The notes under the pieces: model-generated
What the model was told of the DNA's origin: nothing
Databases searched by the model: none
What the model saw: only the letters and a program-made list of their open reading frames with translations
In this document: piece by piece, positions 8,867 through 16,513 of the stretch
How positions within the stretch are numbered: position 1 is the stretch's first letter
Layout of the letters: each line of letters opens with the position of its first letter
Source of the DNA: a virus
Taxonomy: Duplodnaviria > Heunggongvirae > Uroviricota > Caudoviricetes
DNA length: 30,290 nucleotides
IMG/VR virus record: IMGVR_UViG_3300036860_000563
Span: 64,001 to 94,290 of that record
Reading direction: 5' to 3' (one strand)
Made by a program: the position numbers and the translations under genes

Positions 8867-9942
8867 TGTGGCCCACGTCCCAGGCACTGCTCAACGCACT
8901 GATCACCGATCACGAGATGGACGTCACCGTCAACGTCATACGAGGTGAGCAATCACTCGGTCAGGTGCCGATCGTGGCGTGTAGCGTGGACGCGACACTA
9001 CTTACCCAAGATGGGCGCACCGCATCACTCGTCGTGGACCAAGGAGTGATCGACGACGGGTTGCTCGATCCGCTCTCGGACACCGTGGTTATTCGTACCG
9101 GTGTTTCCGACGTCGAACTGGTGCCGATCTTCACCGGCCGTGTCGACGCACACGCGGCCGGGAGCGACGGTGACGTCACCGTCGCGTGCGTCTCCCGTGC
9201 GGTTGAGCTGACGCGAGCTCGGTTTGAGACACCTATGTCGGCGCGACCCGGTGCACTCATCCGGGATGAGATTCAACGTCTCGTGCAGGACGTCGACCCG
9301 GCGTGGTCGGTGGACGTGAGTGTGGCGCGTCCTGACCGCGTACCAGACTCACTACTCTGGGAAGAAGATCGCAGTGGCGCCGTCGATGAGCTCGCTACGT
9401 CGCTCAACTGCATCTTAATGCCCAACCGCGTTGGTGGGTTCATACTCGTGCCGTCTCGCTTTGCGGAGGGCGCGAACGTCACACCGGTGGCGACACTCCG
9501 TGACGGCGAGAACGGGGTGCTCGTCAAGATCGACTCAGTTAAGTCACGGCGTGACATCGCCAACTCAGTCACAGTTGTCGTAGAGCGCACCGACGGAACG
9601 TCACCGATTCGCATCACGGTGCGAGACACCAACCCGGCCAGTCCGACGTTCTGGGGCGGTGTGTTTGGTAAGCAGAACGTCGTGCTCAAGCTCGACTCAC
9701 CGAGCTCGACGTTGGAGGCGAGTGTCATCGCATCACGGGTTCTACGACAGTCACTCGCCGTGGCACGGACGTGGCGCATCACGCTACCCCACTACCCGGT
9801 GCTCGACCCGGGTGACGTCATCGTCATCTGGCACCGTGGTGAACCGTTCACACAGGTTATCGAGTCGGTGCGGTACTCGGGAGGTGCGAGTGAACCCACG
9901 GTGCTCGCGGCGCGTGAGCTCATCGTCGCACCCACTCCCTAG
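8866..9942 (+). CDS. Baseplate hub / Tal-like minor tail protein (DUF5047-like)
   Basis: Starts 'MWPTSQALLNAL...H'; has 'PIFTGRV', 'LWEEDRSGAVDELATS', 'NSVTVVVE', 'FWGGVFG' and 'P.LDPGDVI'. The start overlaps the upstream stop by one base. Confidence 0.7.
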   Translation: MWPTSQALLNALITDHEMDVTVNVIRGEQSLGQVPIVACSVDATLLTQDGRTASLVVDQGVIDDGLLDPLSDTVVIRTGVSDVELVPIFTGRVDAHAAGSDGDVTVACVSRAVELTRARFETPMSARPGALIRDEIQRLVQDVDPAWSVDVSVARPDRVPDSLLWEEDRSGAVDELATSLNCILMPNRVGGFILVPSRFAEGANVTPVATLRDGENGVLVKIDSVKSRRDIANSVTVVVERTDGTSPIRITVRDTNPASPTFWGGVFGKQNVVLKLDSPSSTLEASVIASRVLRQSLAVARTWRITLPHYPVLDPGDVIVIWHRGEPFTQVIESVRYSGGASEPTVLAARELIVAPTP

Positions 9943-9960
9943 GTGATGAGGCAGCGGTGT

Positions 9961-9977
9961 GATGATGATGATGATGA
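9961..9977. repeat. (GAT)5 microsatellite in intergenic spacer
   Basis: gatgatgatgatgatga lies between the tail gene and the first glycosyltransferase. Confidence 0.85.
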
Positions 9978-10006
9978 AGTGCTGCACCTCCTAGTAGAGT
10001 AACACT

Positions 10007-10702
10007 GTGAGTGATCACACACAATCATACGCGATCGTGTTGACGCACAACAGACCGACGGAGCTGGCGTGGTGTGTTGCCGCACTCGTCGACCAGGTTG
10101 ATCACATCATCATCGTGGACAACGCGTCACAGCCGGCCGTCGTCACCGGTGATGTGACGTTTCTCGACCGGGTGAGAGCGTGGACGATCATTTGCGATGA
10201 GGAGCAACCACCTAACCTCGCGCGGCTGATGAACGTTGGTCTCGAGCGGGCGAGTGAGCTCGCCAAGGCGCGAGATCAAGGCACGTACGACGTGGCGATC
10301 GTCTGTGATGATGTGTTCGTGCCCTCCGGCTGGTTCGACGCGGTCGCGACGTGCGTGCGCGCGCACAACGTCGTCGCGGGCAGCACGCACCAGGTGACGC
10401 CCGTCACCCAGCCGATCGTTAAAACGGCACCGGACTCCGACATCCACAACCGAATGCAGGGTTCGGCGTTTGTGACACGTGGTGAGGTGGGCCTACGCGC
10501 CGACGAGCGCATGCACTGGTGGTGGCAGGACACGGACCTGGACTGGCAGGCTCGACTCACCGGCGGCATGGTCATCGCACCGGGACCCGTCGCGCTCAAC
10601 ACTCGTCCCAACGACTTCACGTACTCGGTGCCGGGACTCGCCGAGCGCGCGGGTGTCGACCAGAGAGAGTTTAAGGAGAAGTGGGGTTGGGTACCGTGGT
10701 AG
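10007..10702 (+). CDS. Glycosyltransferase, GT-A/GT2-like
   Basis: 'AIVLTHNRP..L..CVAAL..Q...IIIVDNAS', 'N.GL', 'IVCDDV' and 'WQDTDL' are GT2 motifs. Confidence 0.75.
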   Translation: MSDHTQSYAIVLTHNRPTELAWCVAALVDQVDHIIIVDNASQPAVVTGDVTFLDRVRAWTIICDEEQPPNLARLMNVGLERASELAKARDQGTYDVAIVCDDVFVPSGWFDAVATCVRAHNVVAGSTHQVTPVTQPIVKTAPDSDIHNRMQGSAFVTRGEVGLRADERMHWWWQDTDLDWQARLTGGMVIAPGPVALNTRPNDFTYSVPGLAERAGVDQREFKEKWGWVPW

Positions 10703-10758
10703 ACGTCAGACGCACCACGACGCGCACCACCTTCATTAGGAGCACCGAGACCGATCGT

Positions 10759-10899
10759 ATGACGGTCTTTCACCTTCGAGAGTTCATCAAGGCACTCGAT
10801 GACTCCGGCATACCTGATGACGTCTACGTGACATCACGCCGGGAGAACGCGCACCTCAGCACTCTCTCGGTTCAGTGGAACGAGGACCTCGAACCGTGA
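10759..10899 (+). CDS. Small hypothetical protein (alternative start GTG 10696)
   Basis: It fills the gap between two GT genes, and its stop overlaps the next GTG (GTGA). No family was recognised. Confidence 0.4.
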   Translation: MTVFHLREFIKALDDSGIPDDVYVTSRRENAHLSTLSVQWNEDLEP

Positions 10900-11525
10900 G
10901 CCGCGTCGCGTACGGTGTCTGCGTCGGCTCGTGGGATAAGTTCACGCGTAACGTCGTCCCGCGCGTCGGCGACCGACCGGTGTACGCCCTCGCCGGGCAC
11001 ACCAGCATCGCCGTCGCGTACAACCAGATCCTCCGCACCGTGTGTGACCGACACGCCCTCCCACCCGACGTGCTCGTCCTCCAACACGACGACCTAGAGA
11101 TCACCGATCCCGACGGGGAGGCAAAGCTTCTGACCGCCGTGTCGCAGCCGGGAGTCGCGCTCGCCGGGGTGGCCGGTGCCGCGACCTGTCCCACTCTCGC
11201 GTGGTGGAACACCGACCCGGTCGGGCACCAGGTTACCGATGTGATGAACATTGACTTCGGACAGCGAACCGGAGACGTGATCTTGCTCGAGGGCAGTGTC
11301 CTCGCGTTCTCGCCGTGGGCGATTGCCACTCTTCGGTTTGACGTCCGGTTCCCCGGGTTTCACGGTTACGATGAGATCGGTATGCAGGCCCACCATCACG
11401 GAAAGCGCAACGTCGTGGTGGACGTTGACACTCATCATCACACCGCGATGGGCTTCAAGACGACCGCCAGTCACGAGCAGTGGCTACACGCCGACCGACT
11501 CTTTCGAGAAAAGTGGAAGTTGTGA
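10896..11525 (+). CDS. Glycosyltransferase-like protein (GT-A, 'Glyco_tranf_2_5'-like)
   Basis: The start was re-called to GTG 10896 (GTGA overlap). Motifs 'SIAVAYN', 'LVLQHDDLEI', 'GVAGA', 'FDVRFPGFHGYD' and 'HH'. Confidence 0.72.
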   Translation: MSRVAYGVCVGSWDKFTRNVVPRVGDRPVYALAGHTSIAVAYNQILRTVCDRHALPPDVLVLQHDDLEITDPDGEAKLLTAVSQPGVALAGVAGAATCPTLAWWNTDPVGHQVTDVMNIDFGQRTGDVILLEGSVLAFSPWAIATLRFDVRFPGFHGYDEIGMQAHHHGKRNVVVDVDTHHHTAMGFKTTASHEQWLHADRLFREKWKL

Positions 11526-12736
11526 GACGAACGACGTGTAGCGCGTGTGGTTATGACGACCTGCGGACGTTCCTCGACCTAGGTTCCTCGCCCATCGCCG
11601 ACGCGTACACCAGCTCGCCCGATGAGCTGAGTGACGTGTACCCTCTGCAACTCGCCGTGTGCGCCGGTTGCTGGCTGGTGCAGCTCTTAGAGGTCGTCGA
11701 TCAAGAGACACTATTCGGCACCGGTTACTCGTTCTACTCGTCCGCGTCGGCGCCGCTGTCCAACTATCACGCCACGTACGCCGCGAGTGTTCTCGGGGGC
11801 TACGGTGACCTGGCGCAGCGGTTGACGGTGGAGGTCGGCTGCAACGACGGGGACATGCTTCGTCACTTTCAACGCGCCGGATGCCCCGTGGTGGGTGTGG
11901 ACCCGGCGAGCGGACCGGTCGGCGCCGCGCGCGAGCGTGGGCTCGACGTGCTCGACGTCGCGTTCACGCCTACGGTCGCCGGTGAGCTGCTGGAGGCGCG
12001 AGGTCCCGCCGGGTTGATCATTGCCAACCACGTACTCGCCCACGTCGAGGACGTCTCACACGTGCTCTCGGGCGTCAGCACCCTGCTGGCGGCCGACGGT
12101 GTGGCGTTCGTCGAGGTGCAGTACCTGCCCGACCTGCTCGTGAACAACGCGTTCGACCTGGTGTACCACGAGCACCGCAACTTCTTCTCACTCACCAGCC
12201 TGGAGTGCGCCGCGAGACGCTGGGGACTCTACGTCGCCGACTGGGAGCTCACCCAGCGGCAGGGAGGATCACTTCGTGTCACACTGTCGAAGCAGCGTCA
12301 GCGCACTAGTTCGTCACACACGATCACACGTGAACGTGAAGAGTGGTTGCGTCACACGAGTGCGTATGACGGTCTACAGGGACGAGTAGAGCGCGTTCGC
12401 ACTCGCTTACGTGACCTGCTGTTCGACGAGACGATGAACGGACGCTCAGTCGCGGGCTACGGCGCACCCGCCAAGGCGACGACCCTCCTCAACTTCTGTG
12501 GTATCGACCACCACACGATCGAGTTCATCACCGACACCACACCCGCGAAGTGTGAACGATACGTACCCGGCACCGGAATCCCCATCATGGCTCCGTCCGA
12601 CGCGTTGCGTCACGACGTCGACACGTTCATCATACTCGCGTGGAACTACGCGGCACAGATCATACGAAACAACGTGAAGTTCATGGACGACGGCGGACGC
12701 TGGATCATACCCATCCCGGCACCGGTGCTGCTGTGA
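11522..12736 (+). CDS. NDP-hexose C-methyltransferase (TcaB9/TylC3/EryBIII-like)
   Basis: The start was re-called to GTG 11522 (GTGA overlap). It has the N-terminal Zn site 'CSACG...LDLGSSP...YPL.LAVCAGCWLVQL', then 'VEVGCNDG', 'GVDPA', 'NHVLAHV', 'YHEH..FF', 'GYGAPAKATTLLN', 'GTGIPI' and 'LAWNY'. Confidence 0.9.
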   Translation: MRRTTCSACGYDDLRTFLDLGSSPIADAYTSSPDELSDVYPLQLAVCAGCWLVQLLEVVDQETLFGTGYSFYSSASAPLSNYHATYAASVLGGYGDLAQRLTVEVGCNDGDMLRHFQRAGCPVVGVDPASGPVGAARERGLDVLDVAFTPTVAGELLEARGPAGLIIANHVLAHVEDVSHVLSGVSTLLAADGVAFVEVQYLPDLLVNNAFDLVYHEHRNFFSLTSLECAARRWGLYVADWELTQRQGGSLRVTLSKQRQRTSSSHTITREREEWLRHTSAYDGLQGRVERVRTRLRDLLFDETMNGRSVAGYGAPAKATTLLNFCGIDHHTIEFITDTTPAKCERYVPGTGIPIMAPSDALRHDVDTFIILAWNYAAQIIRNNVKFMDDGGRWIIPIPAPVLL

Positions 12737-13305
12737 TGAGCTTACGCGGTGTTAACGTCGCACGAGAGGCCCATCACGTGAGAGTAAACTTGGGCTGCGG
12801 TGACCGGTACGCCGACGGTTGGCTCAACGTTGACCACGGCGGTTCACCACATCGTAAAGATCTAGAGGTGGACCTTCGCGCGCCGCTTCCGTGGCCACGA
12901 GACTCGATCGCGTACGCGTACGCCGGGCACCTGCTGGAGCACCTGCGCGTTCACGAGGTCGTGGTGTTTCTCGGACGCCTACGTTCGTGCATGCGTGATG
13001 ACGGTGTGCTCACCGTCGTCGGACCCGACCTGGACATCGCCGAGGGCATGGCCGCGGCGGGTACACTCGACGTAACGCTCGACTCACTCCGGTGCGGCGC
13101 CGACCGCTGGGTCGGTGATCGTCACCGCTGGGAGTGTAGCGCACCCGCTGTCGTCACGTTCTTGCGATTGACCGGCTGGGTAGACATACGTGAGTCGAAC
13201 GTTGATGAGCTGCCCGAGCTGTGGCCGGTGGCCGACCGAGGACCGCGGTGGCAGTGCGTCGTGCTCGCCACTCGCGGTTCCGATCCCCCGGGCGACGCCG
13301 CGTGA
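12736..13305 (+). CDS. Class I SAM-dependent methyltransferase (small-molecule/sugar type)
   Basis: The start was re-called to ATG 12736 (TGATG overlap). Motifs 'VNLGCG....GWLNVD', 'DL..PLPW...S....YAGHLLEHL'. Confidence 0.8.
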   Translation: MSLRGVNVAREAHHVRVNLGCGDRYADGWLNVDHGGSPHRKDLEVDLRAPLPWPRDSIAYAYAGHLLEHLRVHEVVVFLGRLRSCMRDDGVLTVVGPDLDIAEGMAAAGTLDVTLDSLRCGADRWVGDRHRWECSAPAVVTFLRLTGWVDIRESNVDELPELWPVADRGPRWQCVVLATRGSDPPGDAA

Positions 13306-13904
13306 TCGACATCACCGTGGCGATACCGACGATCGCACCTCGTGCCGCGCCGGGTGGGTTGTTAGAGCGAGCGCTACGAAGCGTAAGCGCCCAGACGTCA
13401 CCACCTAGTGGTGGAACGTCGTGTGCGCTCGACGTCGACAAGGTCGGCGCCGCTGGGACGCGACAGCGAGCGCTCGACGCGGTGCGCACCGAGTGGGTAG
13501 CCTTCTTAGATGATGACGACACGTGGTACCCGCACCACCTTAGTGCGCTCTCACAGCTCGCCGAAGACACCGGGGCCGCGTACTTATTCACGTGGTTTGA
13601 CGGCAACAACCCGTTTCCCGCACACCGTGGCCGGGCGTTCGACGTGACGCAACCTCATCACACCACGATGACGGTGATGGTAAAGACCGAGCTCGCGCGA
13701 GTCGCGGGCTTCATCCAACCGGACGGACCGATGCACCAGGACTGGGCCGGTGAGGACTGGCAGTTCACGCTACGCTGCGCGGCTGAGCTGGTGCGGCGGC
13801 ACGGGGTGACCGGGGCTAACGCACGCTTTGCCGGCACGGGTGACGTTACGTGGACGTACCACGTGCACGGCGGTAACACCAGTGGCCTACCGACGAGATG
13901 GTGA
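13302..13904 (+). CDS. Glycosyltransferase, GT2-like
   Basis: The start was re-called to GTG 13302 (GTGA overlap). Motifs 'ITVAIPTI', 'RALRSV.AQ', 'EWVAFLDDDD', 'EDW' and 'YHVHGGNTSG'. Confidence 0.82.
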   Translation: MIDITVAIPTIAPRAAPGGLLERALRSVSAQTSPPSGGTSCALDVDKVGAAGTRQRALDAVRTEWVAFLDDDDTWYPHHLSALSQLAEDTGAAYLFTWFDGNNPFPAHRGRAFDVTQPHHTTMTVMVKTELARVAGFIQPDGPMHQDWAGEDWQFTLRCAAELVRRHGVTGANARFAGTGDVTWTYHVHGGNTSGLPTRW

Positions 13905-14551
13905 GCGTGAGTGATGAGAGCACGAGTGACGAGAGCGCGAGTGACGAGAGCGTGAAGAGCTGCGCGTGCGACGTCACCGTCGTGATTCCACACATCCCCC
14001 CGCGTGCCGAGTGGTGTGCCCGTGCCGTGCGCTCGGCGCTGACGCAGACCCAGCGACCGAGTGAGATCATCATCGAGGTCGACGTTCATCACGAGGGTTC
14101 GGCGACGACGCGCAACCGGGCCCTAGAGCGAGTGTCGACGAGCTGGGTGGCGTTTCTCGACGACGATGACGAGCTGCTACCACCACACCTCGACGCGCTA
14201 CTCACTCACGCGTGCACCACTGGCGCGGACGTCATCTACCCGGGCTGCATCGTACTAGATCCCGCGGGGCGAGAGGTACCACGCCGCGACGAGTGGGGTC
14301 GGTTCGGACGAGAGTTCGACGCGGAGCTGCTGCGTAAGCGATCGTACGTTCCGGTGACGTCACTCGCTCGTACGTCACTCGCGCGGCTGGCGGGCTTCGG
14401 CGCGCCGACGGGCTCGAACTACGATGACTGGGGCTTCTACCTGCGCATGCTCGACCTAGGCGCGATGTTCTCACACCTGCCCGAGATCACATGGTACTGG
14501 CATCATCACGGAAAAAATTCTAGCGGACAGCCTGGAAAAGGTGATGCTTAG
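13898..14551 (+). CDS. Glycosyltransferase, GT2-like (paralog of upstream gene)
   Basis: Motifs 'VTVVIPHIP', 'TRNRAL', 'WVAFLDDDD', 'YDDW' and 'WHHHGKNSSG'. Confidence 0.85.
   Translation: MVSVSDESTSDESASDESVKSCACDVTVVIPHIPPRAEWCARAVRSALTQTQRPSEIIIEVDVHHEGSATTRNRALERVSTSWVAFLDDDDELLPPHLDALLTHACTTGADVIYPGCIVLDPAGREVPRRDEWGRFGREFDAELLRKRSYVPVTSLARTSLARLAGFGAPTGSNYDDWGFYLRMLDLGAMFSHLPEITWYWHHHGKNSSGQPGKGDA
13909..13953 (+). repeat. 3 x 15-bp imperfect tandem repeat encoding SDES(T/A/V)
   Basis: gagtgatgagagcac / gagtgacgagagcgc / gagtgacgagagcgt. Confidence 0.85.
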
Positions 14552-14562
14552 TATCACTTTAC

Positions 14563-14568
14563 TATAAT
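14563..14568 (+). promoter_or_regulatory. Candidate -10 element (TATAAT) for leaderless HNH transcript
   Basis: A perfect TATAAT lies 6 nt before ATG 14575, with no SD between them. No consensus -35 was seen. Confidence 0.5.
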
Positions 14569-14574
14569 ACATTC

Positions 14575-15057
14575 ATGACACATGTGCGACGTCCGGTAGA
14601 TGAGAGATTTTGGGAAAAAGTTGAAAAAACTGACACTTGCTGGCTATGGCGTGCGGGACCACACAAAGATAATTTAAGCATTCCCGGTGTGTTTCAACTA
14701 GGTCGAGATGGTGGTACAATCTTAGCGTCACATTATGTATGGATGAGCGTAGGAAACTTACGTCCACAATTTAATCATGGTGAAATGATTTGTCACACAT
14801 GTGACGTGTCAAAGTGTGTAAGACCTGATCACTTATATCTCGGAACAAATAACACTAATATGCGTGATATGTCGCAAAGATGTCGATCACGCGGGCACAA
14901 AATAACACACTGTCCGCAAGGTCATTCATATGATGAATATGGATTCATTAGCAGCGGTGGTTCACGAAGATGTAAGATTTGCTCAAGAAGAATAAAGCAT
15001 GAAAGTTACCTACGAAAAAAGATGAAAAGTCAACTAGAGCGGGGTGATCGCTGGTGA
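14575..15057 (+). CDS. Free-standing HNH homing endonuclease
   Basis: Motifs 'RFWEKVEKTDTCWLW', 'ICHTCDVSKCVRPDHLYLGTNNTNMRDM' and 'THCPQGH...RRCKIC'. It is visibly more A+T-rich than its neighbours. Confidence 0.85.
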   Translation: MTHVRRPVDERFWEKVEKTDTCWLWRAGPHKDNLSIPGVFQLGRDGGTILASHYVWMSVGNLRPQFNHGEMICHTCDVSKCVRPDHLYLGTNNTNMRDMSQRCRSRGHKITHCPQGHSYDEYGFISSGGSRRCKICSRRIKHESYLRKKMKSQLERGDRW

Positions 15058-15061
15058 GTGA

Positions 15062-16129
15062 GTGAAGGTCTACGTCTACCCAGCGGATGAGACGGGCTGT
15101 GGTTACTACCGGCTGATCTGGCCCGCGCGAGCGCTGCGTGAACGTGGACACGACGTCGTCGTCGTCATGCCGCGTGACCGCGGTGACAGCATCCAGGGTG
15201 TGATCCGTGGTGACCAGCTCGTCGACGTGCACCACCCACCGGACGCCGACGTCATGGTGCTGCAGCGCGTTACACATCGTCACATAGTCGAGGGCGTTAA
15301 GATCCTAAGAGATAAGGGCGTCACCGTCGTCGTGGACATCGATGATGACCTGGCCACCATTCACCCGACGAACCCAGCGTTCATCGCGATGCACCCGCAA
15401 CACGGGCGCACCGGTGATCACAGCTGGCAGAACACCCAGCGGGCCTGTGAGAACGCCACACACGTAACCGTGTCCACCAGCGCGCTGCTAACGCGCTACG
15501 CCTCACACGGACGCAGCACGGTACTGCGCAACTGCGTTCCCGCTCGGTACCTGAGCGTCCCGCACACCGACTCAACGGTGATCGGCTGGGGTGGCTCCAC
15601 GCACTCTCATCCAGATGATCTGCAGATGATGGGAACCGCGATCACGCAGCTCACTCGTGACGGTCACACGTTTCGCGTCGTCGGGCCACTCGCGGGCGTT
15701 CGGTCGGCACTTCACTTAGACGCTGAGCCGAGCTTCACCGGGTCCGTGGATCTGCTCTCGGCCTGGCCCGAGACGCTGGGTCAGCTCGGGATCGGGGTCG
15801 CACCACTCGCGGACAGCCGGTTCAACGAGAGTAAGAGTCACCTTAAACCGCTGGAGCTGGCGGCGCTCGGAGTGCCCTGCGTGATGTCTCCCCGGGCGGA
15901 GTACCGGAGACTCCACGAGCTCGGTGTTGGACTACTGGCCGAACGGCCCCGCGAGTGGCTACGCGTGCTACGCCGCCTGGTTGGGAGCGCTGAGCTACGC
16001 TCCGAGCTGTCCGAACGGGGCCGAGACGTCGCGCGTGAGTGGACCATCGAGGGCAACGCCGAGCGCTGGCTCGCCGCGTGGTCGACGGCGTACGAACGAT
16101 CGTCATTGTCACCGTTAGATCGTCCATGA
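15062..16129 (+). CDS. Glycosyltransferase, GT-B (GT4-like)
   Basis: Motifs 'GCGYYRL.WP..AL...GHDV', 'VVVDIDDDL', 'VTVST..L', 'IGWGGS..H' and 'IGVAPL....FNESKSHLKPLELAALGVPCVMS'. Confidence 0.8.
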   Translation: MKVYVYPADETGCGYYRLIWPARALRERGHDVVVVMPRDRGDSIQGVIRGDQLVDVHHPPDADVMVLQRVTHRHIVEGVKILRDKGVTVVVDIDDDLATIHPTNPAFIAMHPQHGRTGDHSWQNTQRACENATHVTVSTSALLTRYASHGRSTVLRNCVPARYLSVPHTDSTVIGWGGSTHSHPDDLQMMGTAITQLTRDGHTFRVVGPLAGVRSALHLDAEPSFTGSVDLLSAWPETLGQLGIGVAPLADSRFNESKSHLKPLELAALGVPCVMSPRAEYRRLHELGVGLLAERPREWLRVLRRLVGSAELRSELSERGRDVAREWTIEGNAERWLAAWSTAYERSSLSPLDRP

Positions 16130-16435
16130 GACGCCGCACGCCTCACAGACCTCATGATGTGGAGATAACCGCATCACCGTGAAACTCTCACACCCCGGAC
16201 ACTTAACACGGTGACGTGGTGTTCTGATCTTGTATCGCTGACGCTCCGTTAGGCCACCCCAGACGCCGTACTTCTCGGGAAGTGTGAGCGCGTGGTGCAG
16301 GCAGTCCAGCCGGATCGGACACGGTGTTAAGCAGATCGTCACCGCGTCATCCTCGAGAGCGGGTTCAAAGAACAGGTCGCGATCACGTCCTTGGCACGCT
16401 GCCCGCGACCAGTCTACGATGCGAGTGTGCGTCAC
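16115..16435 (-). CDS. whiB: WhiB-family Fe-S transcription factor with C-terminal Zn-ribbon-like extension
   Basis: 'W..RAAC....LFF....A..IC...CPIR..CL..AL......GVWGGLTERQR' followed by CxxC...CxxC. Confidence 0.9.
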   Translation of the reverse strand: MTHTRIVDWSRAACQGRDRDLFFEPALEDDAVTICLTPCPIRLDCLHHALTLPEKYGVWGGLTERQRYKIRTPRHRVKCPGCESFTVMRLSPHHEVCEACGVSWTI

Positions 16436-16480
16436 TATGATCTCTCTTACACGCCTAAGTCTTAACGCAACATCGTGTGA

Positions 16481-16506
16481 ACGTGCTCACCTTGAGGTGA
16501 GCACGT
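16481..16506 (-). terminator. Perfect 11-bp inverted repeat, probable intrinsic terminator after DUF932 gene
   Basis: acgtgctcacc-ttga-ggtgagcacgt lies 7 nt past the stop at 16514 and has only a weak U-tract. Confidence 0.55.
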
Positions 16507-16513
16507 CCGTCAC

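Noticed and set aside
9784-9987. Minus-strand ORF MQHFIIIII... with AGGAGG nearby
   Set aside because: The SD overlaps the GTG itself, the poly-Ile comes from the (GAT)5 repeat, and the ORF is antisense to a conserved tail gene.
14552-15061. Group I intron hosting the HNH
   Set aside because: There are only 23 nt between the GT stop and the HNH start and 4 nt after the HNH, leaving no room for a ribozyme core. The repeat-defined segment also does not end in G.
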